Positions 45,896 through 56,353 of a DNA stretch of 64,000 nt are shown piece after piece. The stretch covers positions 32,001-96,000 of the forward strand of contig DAHWIF010000011.1 in the NCBI GenBank assembly GCA_027345565.1, in the 5' to 3' direction. Below the pieces are notes generated by a model. The model searched no databases. It was not told where the DNA came from and worked only from the letters and a program-made list of their open reading frames with translations. Made by a program: the position numbers and the translations under genes. Numbering within the stretch: the stretch's first letter is position 1; each line of letters begins with the position of its first letter. This DNA is from Candidatus Micrarchaeota archaeon (GTDB lineage: Archaea; Micrarchaeota; Micrarchaeia; Micrarchaeales; Micrarchaeaceae).

Positions 45896-46843
45896 ATGCC
45901 AAAGGAAAAGACACCGCGTGAACTTGAGGACCTGCCGGGCATAGGCCCGACATCGGCAGAGAAGCTAAGAGCCGCTGGCATAGACACCATCGAGAAGGTA
46001 GCGGCATCCTTCCCTGCGAACCTCTCTGAGGTGAGCGGGCTAAGCCAGGATGCGGCGAAGAAGGCCATAGAGGCGGCAAGGGAGGCCACAACCATCAACT
46101 ACGAGACAGCCAAGGCCATACTGAAGAGACGGGAGGACATAGGCAAGATATCGACAGGATCCAAGGACCTTGATGAGCTGATAGGCGGCGGCATAGAGAC
46201 GGACGCCGTGACGGAGGTCTATGGCAGGTTCGCGAGCGGAAAGACCCAGCTGGGTTTCCAGCTCGCTGTCAACGTGCAGTTGCAGAAGAAGGAGGGAGGA
46301 CTTGGCGGCAGTGTCCTGTTCCTCGACACCGAGGGTACATTCAGACCGGAAAGGATAGTCGCGATGGCGAAAAGCGCCGGCATTGACCCGGAGGCCGCGG
46401 TGGAGAACATAGTGGTTGTAAGGGCGCAGAATACAGACCAGCAGGTGCTCACAATAGAGAGGGCAGACAAGCTTATCCAGGAAAAGAACATAAAGCTGAT
46501 AATAGTAGATTCGCTCACGTCGCTCTTCAGGGCGGAATTCTTGGGTAGGGGGGCGCTGAACGAGAGGCAGCAGAAGCTCAATGCGCATATACACAGGCTG
46601 GCGCTTCTAGCGAACAAGTACAATCTTGCGGTTTTCATAACGAACCAGGTGATGGACAACCCAGGCATGCTGTTCGGCGATCCGACCACTCCGATAGGCG
46701 GCAACGTGCTTGCTCACGCAGCCACGACCATGCTGTACTTGAGGAAGGGCAAGGAGGACAAGAGGATAGTCAGGCTTGTCGACTCTCCGAATATGCCAGA
46801 GGGGGAGTGCATCATAAAGATAACTGTTGATGGCATAAAGTGA
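45896..46843 (+). CDS. radA: DNA repair and recombination protein RadA
   Basis: HhH N-terminal domain LEDLPGIGP, GRFASGKTQ, DTEGTFRPERI, ITNQV, GGNVLAH. Confidence 0.97.
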   Translation: MPKEKTPRELEDLPGIGPTSAEKLRAAGIDTIEKVAASFPANLSEVSGLSQDAAKKAIEAAREATTINYETAKAILKRREDIGKISTGSKDLDELIGGGIETDAVTEVYGRFASGKTQLGFQLAVNVQLQKKEGGLGGSVLFLDTEGTFRPERIVAMAKSAGIDPEAAVENIVVVRAQNTDQQVLTIERADKLIQEKNIKLIIVDSLTSLFRAEFLGRGALNERQQKLNAHIHRLALLANKYNLAVFITNQVMDNPGMLFGDPTTPIGGNVLAHAATTMLYLRKGKEDKRIVRLVDSPNMPEGECIIKITVDGIK

Positions 46844-47604
46844 TAAGGATGCTCCTCCTGGTAGGGACCGGCGTGTCCTACAACGACATATCCGCACGCG
46901 CAGCCGAGGCGTGCAGGCCGTGTGTTGTTTACATGGAGAAGTATACGAGCCCGGCTGGCGCGCAACGCATAGACTATCTGGAAAGGATTATCGGAAAGCG
47001 CATAGGAACGCTGACAAGGGAGGACCTCGAGGACAGGGCAAGGGAAACGGTCTCGAGGGCTGCATCAGAAGACATAGCCATACTTATAGGCGGGGACCCG
47101 CTCACTGCAACAACCCACAAGATACTATTGATAGAGGCCAGGAAGCTGGGCATAAAGGTGAGGATATTCCACGCAAGCTCAATAGTTACGGCTGCGATAG
47201 GAGAAAGCGGCCTGGACTTCTACAGGTTCGGCCAGGTGTGCACAATACCGAGATGGGCCAGCAACTACAGGCCAGTCTCCTTCTATGAGACTATAGAGAG
47301 GAACATGTCAATGGGGCTGCACTCCCTGGTGCTTCTCGATTATTATCCAGAGAGGGAGAGCACCCTGCCTCTCAAAGAGGCGGTGGCAGAGCTCAGGGAG
47401 GCGGAAGCAGCATACAAGAAAGGAATAATAGCCAACTCAACAGTAATACTGCTTATGCAGGACATCGGCACAGATGGGCAGGGCATAAGGGTTACAACGA
47501 TAGGCGCAGCAGCCGATGAAGGCGAAGGCATGGTAACCACCATAATATTGCCTGCAAAGCTTTCGGAAGTAGAGGAAGAGACCCTAAGGAGCGTAGTGGT
47601 GTGA
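46840..47604 (+). CDS. dph5: Diphthine synthase
   Basis: EKYTS, GGDPLTATTH, GLDFYRFG, GLHSLVLLD. Confidence 0.93.
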   Translation: MIRMLLLVGTGVSYNDISARAAEACRPCVVYMEKYTSPAGAQRIDYLERIIGKRIGTLTREDLEDRARETVSRAASEDIAILIGGDPLTATTHKILLIEARKLGIKVRIFHASSIVTAAIGESGLDFYRFGQVCTIPRWASNYRPVSFYETIERNMSMGLHSLVLLDYYPERESTLPLKEAVAELREAEAAYKKGIIANSTVILLMQDIGTDGQGIRVTTIGAAADEGEGMVTTIILPAKLSEVEEETLRSVVV

Positions 47605-48761
47605 TGCTTTCAATAAGATACGATGCAAAAGATGGCGTGTACGCAACAGACCAGTCTACTGTAGACACGCTAAAAGATGGGAATTTCGGCACCTTTAAGG
47701 ATGGCAAGCTTTATCTTGAACCAGAAGAGGCGCTGTACATCATGGATGTGAGGAACACCGAATGCGAGTCAGCAACAGGATCAAACCTCACCTTCAACGA
47801 ACTCGCAACAAGGCTGATGAGGAGCAGGAAGTTAATGGCGAGGTATTTCACTTATAAGGACTGGAGGGACAGGGGCCTGATAGCAAAGAGTGCAGGCTTC
47901 AAGGCGAAGCAGAACACAAAAACGCCAATAAAGCGGTATCCGGCCTCGCAGGTGAGCCTGAACGGGTACAGACTATCGGGAGTGTTCTTCCCCGAGGACA
48001 TGACAACGATAGCCGATGAGTCAGATGACAGCAAGCGGATATACAATGACCTGTGGTTCGGCCAGTACGGTACTTATAAGCTGGGGGAGCACGGTGTGCT
48101 GAACAAGCTCGATGTGTATGAGACCGTGTACCTATCGGATAACAACGTCCTCGATGTGAGGAACAACAAGAGGAATGAAATATTCAGCACGGCGAGCAAA
48201 AGAAGGTCCGATTTCCCCAAGCTCTACCAGGTGTATTCGGACTGGAGGAGCAAGGGCTATGTTGTCAAGACAGGCTTCAAGTTCGGCACCCATTTCAGGA
48301 TATACTTCCCCGGCGCGAAGCCGGTGAGGGAAAGCCCGGCGTGGGTGCACTCAAAGCACGTGATACACGTATTCCCAAGAGACGTAAAACTGCTGATATC
48401 GGAGTGGGCTAGGGCCATAAGGGTGGCGCACAGCGTAAGGAAGACATTCATACTCGCAATACCGGGAAATAGCAGGAAAAAGAGGATGCAGATAGACTTC
48501 CTGCTCTACCATAGGAAGGGTAAGGGCACAGAGAACCCGAAGGAGGATGCGCCCAGGTACGCGATGCTCTCGATAAGCGAGGATGAGTATATAGGCGGCA
48601 GCGAGCTCTCAGCGATAATAAACGAGGCTAAGCAGAGAAAGCTCGAGCTCGTAATAGCGATAGCGGACAGGGAGACGGCAGTGACATACTATAAGGTGAG
48701 AAGGATAGAGCTGCCAAGGAGCGAATACGAATACTACGAGATAGACTGGATGCAGCCTTAA
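47601..48761 (+). CDS. endA: tRNA splicing endonuclease, single-chain multi-unit (epsilon2-like)
   Basis: Repeated endonuclease units (EEALY..YKDWRDRG; YSDWRSKGYVVKTGFKFGTHFRIY..HS..RVAHSVRK); 386 aa. Confidence 0.9.
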   Translation: MMLSIRYDAKDGVYATDQSTVDTLKDGNFGTFKDGKLYLEPEEALYIMDVRNTECESATGSNLTFNELATRLMRSRKLMARYFTYKDWRDRGLIAKSAGFKAKQNTKTPIKRYPASQVSLNGYRLSGVFFPEDMTTIADESDDSKRIYNDLWFGQYGTYKLGEHGVLNKLDVYETVYLSDNNVLDVRNNKRNEIFSTASKRRSDFPKLYQVYSDWRSKGYVVKTGFKFGTHFRIYFPGAKPVRESPAWVHSKHVIHVFPRDVKLLISEWARAIRVAHSVRKTFILAIPGNSRKKRMQIDFLLYHRKGKGTENPKEDAPRYAMLSISEDEYIGGSELSAIINEAKQRKLELVIAIADRETAVTYYKVRRIELPRSEYEYYEIDWMQP

Positions 48762-48874
48762 GCCTTCACGCGTACCCTCTTCTTGACCGTTATGTATTTG
48801 TATTTCGGCTAACCCTGACTGCCGGCACCCGGTGCAGCGGCTTTTTACGATGTAGATAATGCAGAATACATAAG

Positions 48875-48948
48875 CGGGTCCGGGGGGATTTGGACCCCCG
48901 ACCTACTGGTTAAGAGCCAGCCGCTCTACCAGGCTGAGCTACGGACCC
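48875..48948 (-). tRNA. tRNA-Lys(CTT)
   Basis: Acceptor GGGTCCG/CGGACCC, anticodon arm GCTGG-CTCTTAA-CCAGT; T loop reads TCCAAAT. Confidence 0.9.
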
Positions 48949-48973
48949 TTGCTAGAATAAGGCAACATTTCTA

Positions 48974-49360
48974 TTAAGGCTTTCGCATGAAGAAGAGGGC
49001 TAGCGAGATCGCTATAATCACATCAAGCGTGCTGCAGAAGATGCAGGCCTTCCCTACCATGTACATGGCGAATATGGAATAGATGATCCCTCCTATGCCG
49101 ATGAGCATCCAGATGCCGGCTGCATGTTTGAGCCTTCTGTGCTGAGTGAACAGCAATGCGAGAACGAACCACGCAAGCGAATATACGGCAAGCGGTATGC
49201 CGAAGACTACCGAGTAGCTGCTTGCCAGAACAGTAGCGCAGCTTATTATCCCAGCGTTAGGGCATATCAGTGCACCAGGGAAATAATGCACATAAATGAG
49301 GTACGCGGATATGACTGCGCCAATGCCGAGCAGTATTTTCAATATGTCGTTGCGGTTCAT
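48974..49360 (-). CDS. Vitamin K epoxide reductase (VKOR) family protein
   Basis: C..C-x-xVLASSYS..GIP and CIFC; 4 TM segments. Confidence 0.9.
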   Translation of the reverse strand: MNRNDILKILLGIGAVISAYLIYVHYFPGALICPNAGIISCATVLASSYSVVFGIPLAVYSLAWFVLALLFTQHRRLKHAAGIWMLIGIGGIIYSIFAMYMVGKACIFCSTLDVIIAISLALFFMRKP

Positions 49361-50688
49361 TTTCTCGTGCCGTGCTCCTTGATGAACTCGTCGAGCGCAA
49401 GGTCCAGCCCCTTGCCCTTAGGCTTAAGTTCGTAATAGACCTGTACGAACGGCTTGTTTATATTCAATATGCTTCTGAGGTTGGTGGGGGTAGCCGATAT
49501 GACTATGTCGCATTCTGCCCTGTTTATTGTAGCCTGCATATCCCTTACCTGCTTAGGGCTGTAACCCATCGCAGGCAGCTCCCTGTCGAGCTTAGGATAC
49601 TTTACAAAAGTATCCTTTATGGTTCCTACGGCATACCTCTTCGCATCTACAATCTTGCCTACCTTGTATAGCTTGGCGGCCACCGTGCCGGCGCCGAACG
49701 GCATGCCACCGTGCGTTATGGTCGGGCCGTCCTCTATAATTAATGCGCTCGCGCCCTTGATCAGCTTCGGGTTATCAGGAGTCACTATCGACTCACCTAA
49801 TAGGACCTTTGCCGTTTTATTGACAGTTTTTGCCTCAATCACAGCGCGCTCGACGTTCTTCTTTGGAGCAGAGTTCACTTTATTAACAAGGAAGATATCC
49901 GCGGTCCTTGCAACGGATTCACTCGGATAGTACGAAAGCTGGTCAACCGGCCTGAACGGATCTAGGACCATTATGAGCAGGTCTGGTTTTATGAAACTGG
50001 CATCGTTATTCCCGCCGTCCCATAGCACGACGTCGGCCTCTTTCTCAGCAGCTCTCAGTATCTTCTCGTAATCAACGCCAGAATATAGCACAAAGCCATT
50101 CCTTATATGCGGCTCATAATCCTCCCTTTCCTCTATCGTGCACTTATACCTGTCTAGGTCCTTCAGCTTCGAGTACCTCTGCACTATCTGATCCTTTAGC
50201 AGACCATAAGGCATCGGGTGCCTTATCACCACAACGCGCAGCCCCTTGGATTTCAGATACCTCGCAATGTACCTCGATGTCTGGCTTTTCCCAGAGCCGG
50301 TCCTTGCTGCGCAGACCGCTACCACTGGCTTTTTTGATTTCAGCATTGTCGCGCTGGGTGCGATCAACCAGAAATCCGCTCCTGCAGCGTTCACTATGCT
50401 GGCTTTGTGCATTACTGTATCGTAAGGCAGGTCGCTGTAGGCGAGTATGCATATGTCGGCATTGAGCCTCTTTATCAGCTGTGGTAGCTGTGATTCATCA
50501 AATATCGGTATGCCTTTGGGATAAAGCCCTCCGCTAAGCTCCTTAGGGTATGTCCTGTTCGCTATGAATGGTATCTGTGCAGCTGTAAAGGCTACGACTT
50601 CATACTCGGGGCTGTTCCTGAAGAGAACATTATACAGATGAAAGTCGCGACCAGCCGCTCCCATTATTATAATCCTTCTGCGCGCCAT
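49357..50688 (-). CDS. cDPGS-like P-loop protein, probable arginine synthetase (ArcE type)
   Basis: IIMGAAGRDFH, AFTAAQIP, RTGSGKSQ, RHPMPYG, TIEEREDYE, WDGGNND, EDGPTITHGGM. Confidence 0.75.
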   Translation of the reverse strand: MARRRIIIMGAAGRDFHLYNVLFRNSPEYEVVAFTAAQIPFIANRTYPKELSGGLYPKGIPIFDESQLPQLIKRLNADICILAYSDLPYDTVMHKASIVNAAGADFWLIAPSATMLKSKKPVVAVCAARTGSGKSQTSRYIARYLKSKGLRVVVIRHPMPYGLLKDQIVQRYSKLKDLDRYKCTIEEREDYEPHIRNGFVLYSGVDYEKILRAAEKEADVVLWDGGNNDASFIKPDLLIMVLDPFRPVDQLSYYPSESVARTADIFLVNKVNSAPKKNVERAVIEAKTVNKTAKVLLGESIVTPDNPKLIKGASALIIEDGPTITHGGMPFGAGTVAAKLYKVGKIVDAKRYAVGTIKDTFVKYPKLDRELPAMGYSPKQVRDMQATINRAECDIVISATPTNLRSILNINKPFVQVYYELKPKGKGLDLALDEFIKEHGTRK

Positions 50689-50726
50689 AGTTATCGTTAC
50701 AGTTCATGCAAATAAATAGCTAACTG

Positions 50727-51782
50727 TCAGTAGATGACCCTTATGCCCTCGTACCTGAACTTTCTTGGTGCGGGTCCAACTATCGGTATCCTGTGTCCGC
50801 ACCCTTTGCATCTTTTCTGCTCGTCAAGATGCCAACCCGTCACGTAATGCCCATTCCTTTCTATAACAACGCTGTTGCACTCAGGGCAGTATGTGTTCTC
50901 GTAGGGGTTTCCGGCCACGTTGCCGATGTAAACGTAATTGAGCCCGTTCCTTTTTGCGACGTCGTAATGCTGCTTAAGTTTCTCATAGCTCGTTACCGGG
51001 TAGTCTAGCATCTTGTAGTCCGGATGGAACTGTGTAAACTGCATCGGCGTATCGGGTCCAAGATTGTCACGTATCCACATTGTCAGCTTGTCGCAAGCTT
51101 CCAATGAGTCACCGACACCAGGTATTATCAAATCGGTTATCTCCACGTGGATCCCAGCTCTTTTCAGCTCTATAAGAGCTTCCTTTATGGGTTCGTTTGA
51201 CATCACGACTTCGTACTTGTTCGCGAACTTGTCCTCGCCGTTGCCCTTGAAGTCGACAACAGCAGCGTCTATAAGTCCCTTCATCTCTGCTACCGTATCT
51301 TTTGTCATGTACCCGTTCGTCACGAATAGCGTCTTCAACCCCGCTTTGTGCGCCAGCCTCGCCACGTCAAGAGCGTATTCTATGAATATCGTTGGCTCAT
51401 TGTAGGTGAATGCTATCGATTCGGTGTTATTCTCCACAGCAAGCTCTACGAGCCGCTCCGGCGTTATCTCAACGCCGGTTATTTCTTTGTCCTTAGATAT
51501 GTTGTGGTTCTGGCAGAACTGGCACCCAAAGTTGCAGCTTGAAGTGCCAACGCCGAATACGTAGGTTCCTGGCATGAAATGGTTGAAAGGCTTCTTCTCT
51601 ATGGGGTCTATCTGCATCGCCGAAAGCATGCCGTAGTTGACAAGGTAGAGCCTGCCGCCTATATTCTTCCTTACCCAGCAGAAGCCGTTCGACCCCTCTG
51701 GTATCCTGCAGCGCCTTGCGCACGCTATGCATTCCACCTTCTTGCCGGGCATGGCCCTCCATAGTATGGCTTCCTTCTCCAA
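50727..51782 (-). CDS. amrS: AmmeMemoRadiSam system radical SAM enzyme
   Basis: CIACARRC..GFCWVR, DPIEKKP, CNFGCQFCQN, YNEP, YVYIGN, TYCPEC. Confidence 0.9.
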   Translation of the reverse strand: MEKEAILWRAMPGKKVECIACARRCRIPEGSNGFCWVRKNIGGRLYLVNYGMLSAMQIDPIEKKPFNHFMPGTYVFGVGTSSCNFGCQFCQNHNISKDKEITGVEITPERLVELAVENNTESIAFTYNEPTIFIEYALDVARLAHKAGLKTLFVTNGYMTKDTVAEMKGLIDAAVVDFKGNGEDKFANKYEVVMSNEPIKEALIELKRAGIHVEITDLIIPGVGDSLEACDKLTMWIRDNLGPDTPMQFTQFHPDYKMLDYPVTSYEKLKQHYDVAKRNGLNYVYIGNVAGNPYENTYCPECNSVVIERNGHYVTGWHLDEQKRCKGCGHRIPIVGPAPRKFRYEGIRVIY

Positions 51783-51956
51783 ATTCCCAACCGGTAGTAA
51801 TTCTCATAACTGATATTTATCACTTTCTTATCATTTTCCCAATCAGGAGCACCGGAATCCAACCCAACCACCAATAACCTTTTAAACCTAAAAAACCAAT
51901 AATTAAAAGGGCAAAAATAGGGCGATCTGTCGTCGTAAAATTAGCGGGGAATAAAC

Positions 51957-53867
51957 GTGAGTGATAGTGAGTATTCTGCAAAGGACATAGTGGTGCTCTC
52001 CGGGCCGCAGGGGGTCAGGAAAAGGCCCGCGATGTACATAGGCTCTACGGCAAGCTCTGGTTTCATACATCTCCTTTACGAGGTGCTTGACAATGCGGTA
52101 GACGAAGCGATGGGCGGATACGCAAAGAACATTACAGTGAGGCTGACCAACGAGGATGGCGTGGATGTCGCAGAAATAAGTGATGACGGCAGGGGCATAC
52201 CTATTGACACGATGCAGAAGGAAGGGAAGCCGGCATTGGAGGTAATCATGACCTCGCTTCATGCGGGCGCAAAGTTCGACAACAAGGCGTATAAGGTATC
52301 GGGAGGGCTGCACGGCGTCGGGCTAACTGTGGTGAATTCTCTTTCGGAATACACGGAAGTCGTAGTCAGGAAGGACGGCAAGCTGTTCAGGCAGAGATTC
52401 AGCAGGGGCGTAGTGGCCTCGCCACTCGAAGAGATAGGAGTTGTGAATGAAGGAGAAAGGGGCACAACGATAAAGTTCAAGCCAGACAAGGAGATATTCT
52501 CGGTGGGCAGCTTCGACACCATAGAGCTCACCGAGCGCCTCAAGGATCTTGCGTACCTCAACCCAGGCCTCAAAATACGGCTGATAGACGAGAGGGGGCA
52601 AACACCAAAAGAGGCAGAATACTTCTCAAAGAACGGGCTTCCTGACTTCCTTGATCACATACGGGGCGACGCAAAACCGATCATAAAGCCGATTCATATA
52701 AGCAGGAGCAACGACCATACAAAATTAGAGGTGATAATGCAGTACGTCGGAACCTATAGCGAGGATGTCCTATCGTTCGTGAACAAGATAAAGACCGCGC
52801 AAGGCGGCATGCATGTCACAGGTTTCAGAGGTGCGCTGACACGCGCCATAACCACCTACTGGCAGAAGAACGGCAAACTCAAGAGAAACGTCCCGATAGA
52901 GGGCGATGACACCAGAGAAGGGCTAATAGTGATAATATCGATACTGATGCAGAATCCGGAATTTGAGGGCCAGACAAAGGAGAAGTTAGGCAACAGCACC
53001 ATCAGGACATTCGTGGAGAATACAGTATACCAGGATCTGTCAAGGTACCTGGAGGAGAATCCAGCAGAAGCGTCTAAGGTAATGGAAAAGGTTTATGCGG
53101 CTGCCGAGGCACGCGAATCGGCGCGCAGGGCAAGGGAGCTTGCGAGGAAGAAGGGGCTCTTCGAAGGCGCTATACTGCCAGGCAAGCTTGCAGACTGCAC
53201 AGAGACAGACCCTGACAAGTGCGAGATATTCATAGTCGAGGGGGAAAGCGCAGCCGGGTCAAGCAAGGAGGCGCGTGACAGGTTCTACCAGGCGATACTG
53301 CCACTCAGAGGAAAGGTTCTGAACGTCGAGAAGGCAGCAGAAGAAAGGATATTCGCCAATGCAGAGCTTCATACGATGGTCACGGCGCTCGGCACAGGCA
53401 TAAAGGACACCTTCAATCCTGACGGAGCCAGGTACAGGAAGATAATACTTCTAACAGATGCAGATGTGGACGGAAGCCACATAAGGACCCTCCTACTCAC
53501 GTTCCTCTATAGGTACATGAAACCGCTGATTGAGCGCGGCTATGTTTTCATAGGACAGCCGCCGCTCTATAAAGTGTCGAGGGGCAGGGATGTGAGGTAT
53601 GCGTATTCTGATCAGCAGCTTTCTGAGATAATGAAGGAATACGAGGGCAAGGGTGCGGTCCAGCGGTATAAGGGACTAGGCGAGATGAATCCAGAGCAGC
53701 TGTGGGAGACCACCATGGACCCCAAAAAGAGGGTATTGAAGAGGATCACCATAGGCGATGCAGAGCTGGCCAATACGATGTTTACAATACTTATGGGTCT
53801 TGATGTTGAGCAGCGGCGCCGCTTCCTCGAGGAGCACGCAAGCGAGGTAAAATTCCTCGACGTGTGA
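51957..53867 (+). CDS. gyrB: DNA gyrase subunit B
   Basis: VRKRPAMYIG, EVLDNAVDE, SGGLHGVG, EGESA, PLRGK, TDADVDG, QRYKGLGEM. Confidence 0.97.
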   Translation: MSDSEYSAKDIVVLSGPQGVRKRPAMYIGSTASSGFIHLLYEVLDNAVDEAMGGYAKNITVRLTNEDGVDVAEISDDGRGIPIDTMQKEGKPALEVIMTSLHAGAKFDNKAYKVSGGLHGVGLTVVNSLSEYTEVVVRKDGKLFRQRFSRGVVASPLEEIGVVNEGERGTTIKFKPDKEIFSVGSFDTIELTERLKDLAYLNPGLKIRLIDERGQTPKEAEYFSKNGLPDFLDHIRGDAKPIIKPIHISRSNDHTKLEVIMQYVGTYSEDVLSFVNKIKTAQGGMHVTGFRGALTRAITTYWQKNGKLKRNVPIEGDDTREGLIVIISILMQNPEFEGQTKEKLGNSTIRTFVENTVYQDLSRYLEENPAEASKVMEKVYAAAEARESARRARELARKKGLFEGAILPGKLADCTETDPDKCEIFIVEGESAAGSSKEARDRFYQAILPLRGKVLNVEKAAEERIFANAELHTMVTALGTGIKDTFNPDGARYRKIILLTDADVDGSHIRTLLLTFLYRYMKPLIERGYVFIGQPPLYKVSRGRDVRYAYSDQQLSEIMKEYEGKGAVQRYKGLGEMNPEQLWETTMDPKKRVLKRITIGDAELANTMFTILMGLDVEQRRRFLEEHASEVKFLDV

Positions 53868-53871
53868 TACT

Positions 53872-56280
53872 ATGGCTGAAAGCGAGCACCAAGATGCACC
53901 AATCGAGAAGGAGATGCAATCCAGCTACTTGGATTACGCCATGAGCGTGATAATAGGCAGGGCCCTGCCTGACGCTAGGGATGGGCTCAAGCCGGCGCAG
54001 AGAAGGATACTCTGGGCGATGTATGGGCTGGGTAATGCGAGCGACAAGCCAACAAAGAAGAGCGCAAGGATAGTCGGTGAGACAATAGGTAAGTATCACC
54101 CGCATGGTGACCTGGCAGCGTATGCCACGCTTGTCAGGATGGCGCAAACGTTCTCTATGAACTACACGCTTGTAGAAGGTCAAGGCAACATGGGGTCGAT
54201 TGACGGTGATCCCCCGGCGGCACAAAGATACACGGAGGTCAGGTTGAACAGCCTTGCAGAGGAGATGCTCGCCGACATAGAGAAGAAATCAGTGCCTTTC
54301 ATACCGAACTTCGACAATACAGAGGAGGAGCCACTGATACTCCCGGCAAAGGTTCCGAATCTTTTAATAAACGGGGCATCAGGCATAGCAGTTGGAGTGG
54401 CGACCAACATGCTACCGCATAACCTCCGCGAGGTGTGCGATGCGATTATCGCATACGTTGAGAACCAGCAGATCACCCCGCAAGAGCTGCTGCAGTATAT
54501 CACCGGGCCAGATTTTCCAACTGGCGGAACCGTCTTCTACAGCAGTGCGTTGACTGCATCGTACATAAACGGAAGGGGGTCGTGCACGGTGCGTGGAAGG
54601 TCTGCCGTAGAAGAGAGAAACAACAGGCAATCGATAGTGATAATCGAGATACCGTATGCGGTGAACAAGGCTTCCTTGGTCCAGAAGATAGCAGAGCTCG
54701 TCAAGGAGAGGAAGGTTCAGGGAATAAGCGACCTCAGGGACGAGAGCGGCAAGGAGGGAATAAGGGTGGTGATAGACCTCAGGAAGGACGCGAACGCCGA
54801 TGCAATACTCAACGCACTGTACAAGCATACGCAACTGCAGGTCACGGTGCCTATCATGAACATCGCGGTGATAAAGAACAACCTTGTCACGCTGAACCTC
54901 AGGCAGATGATAAAGGTCTTCGTGGATCACCGCGCAGAGGTGGTAAAGAGCCGCACGCAGTATGACCTTAGTGTAGCTTCCGACAGGCTGCACATAGTGG
55001 AAGGGCTTCTCATCGCGATACTGAACATAGATGAAGTTGTAAGCGCGATAAAGAAGAGCATCGACCAGAAGGAAGCGCGCACAAGCCTAATGGAAAGGTA
55101 TGGGATGACAGAGAAGCAGGCGAATGCAGTGCTTGACATGAAGCTGAGCAAACTTACAGAGTTGGAAGGCACTGCGCTGCAGGGCGAGAGATCGGACCTT
55201 GAGGCGAAGATTAAGGATTATAGAGACATACTCGCCAACGAGAGTCGTGTCTTCCAGATAATAAAGGACGAGACAAAGGAGCTAAAGGAGAAATACGGCA
55301 GGGAGAGGCGCACCAGCATCGATAAAGAGACCGACATAGGCGAGATAGAGAGCGAGGACCTCATTGTAGACGAAGATACGACCGTCATACTCACCAAAAA
55401 CAATTACATGAAGAGGATGCCGACCAACGTGTACAAGTCGCAGGGAAGAGGAGGGAAAGGAGTTATCGCCATAGAACTCAGAGAGGGCGACTTCGTCAAG
55501 CAGATATCCTACTGCAAATCCAAGGACTACCTGCTTCTGCTTACAAACAAGGGGCGCGCGTACTGGCTGAAAGCGTATCAAGTCCCAGAAGCGAACAGGT
55601 ATAGTGTCGGCAAGGCTGCAGTGAACCTCGTAAGGCTCTCTGAGGGCGAGAATGTCGAGCTGATGGTCAATACAAGGGAGGTCGCCGGGCGCTTCCTCAC
55701 CCTCATAACCAAGAAAGGCACTATAAAGAGGATAAGGGCGGAGAGCTTCTCGAAGCCGCGCTCATCTGGCATACTTGCGATGCCCCTCAACCCAGGAGAC
55801 TCGCTTGCGGACGCGTGCGTATCTGACGGCAAGGCAAACATCTTCATCGCCACAAAGAAGGGCAAGGCGCTAAGGTTCAACGAGAGCGACATACGGCCGA
55901 TGGGCAGGAGCGCCCACGGCGTCAGGGGCATAAGGCTCTCGCAAGGCGACGAAGTAGTGAACCTTCTGCAGGCTAGCGAGAACGATCTGATCACCACGAC
56001 CACCGAGAATGGCTTCGGCAAGGTCACGAAGCTCGATGAGTACAGGCTGCAAGGGCGCGGAGGGAAAGGGGTGATAAACCTGCGGATCAAGGAGAAGACC
56101 GGCAGCGTAGTCAAGTCGCTAAAGACCCCGGAACAGTCGAGCATACTGCTCATAAGCTCTACAGGAATCTCGATACAATTCCCAGTGTCTACCATACGCG
56201 TGACCGGGCGCAGCGCATCTGGCGTCAGACTGATGAGGCTTGACAGGGGCTCAGTTGTAGTCGACGCGCAGGTCATATGA
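53872..56280 (+). CDS. gyrA: DNA gyrase subunit A
   Basis: RDGLKP, YHPHGD, AAQRYTE (catalytic tyrosine), GyrA box QGRGGKG, beta-pinwheel repeats. Confidence 0.97.
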   Translation: MAESEHQDAPIEKEMQSSYLDYAMSVIIGRALPDARDGLKPAQRRILWAMYGLGNASDKPTKKSARIVGETIGKYHPHGDLAAYATLVRMAQTFSMNYTLVEGQGNMGSIDGDPPAAQRYTEVRLNSLAEEMLADIEKKSVPFIPNFDNTEEEPLILPAKVPNLLINGASGIAVGVATNMLPHNLREVCDAIIAYVENQQITPQELLQYITGPDFPTGGTVFYSSALTASYINGRGSCTVRGRSAVEERNNRQSIVIIEIPYAVNKASLVQKIAELVKERKVQGISDLRDESGKEGIRVVIDLRKDANADAILNALYKHTQLQVTVPIMNIAVIKNNLVTLNLRQMIKVFVDHRAEVVKSRTQYDLSVASDRLHIVEGLLIAILNIDEVVSAIKKSIDQKEARTSLMERYGMTEKQANAVLDMKLSKLTELEGTALQGERSDLEAKIKDYRDILANESRVFQIIKDETKELKEKYGRERRTSIDKETDIGEIESEDLIVDEDTTVILTKNNYMKRMPTNVYKSQGRGGKGVIAIELREGDFVKQISYCKSKDYLLLLTNKGRAYWLKAYQVPEANRYSVGKAAVNLVRLSEGENVELMVNTREVAGRFLTLITKKGTIKRIRAESFSKPRSSGILAMPLNPGDSLADACVSDGKANIFIATKKGKALRFNESDIRPMGRSAHGVRGIRLSQGDEVVNLLQASENDLITTTTENGFGKVTKLDEYRLQGRGGKGVINLRIKEKTGSVVKSLKTPEQSSILLISSTGISIQFPVSTIRVTGRSASGVRLMRLDRGSVVVDAQVI

Positions 56281-56353
56281 CGTAATCAGATAAATATGCT
56301 GCACAGTAAACTTATTAAGAGCACAGCACGGGATATAAAAGAAAGGATCGGCC

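Noticed and set aside
48762-48874. Possible small ORF remnant (PKYKYITVKKRVRVKA, minus strand)
   Set aside because: An in-frame stop lies immediately upstream and there is no start codon; the evidence is insufficient
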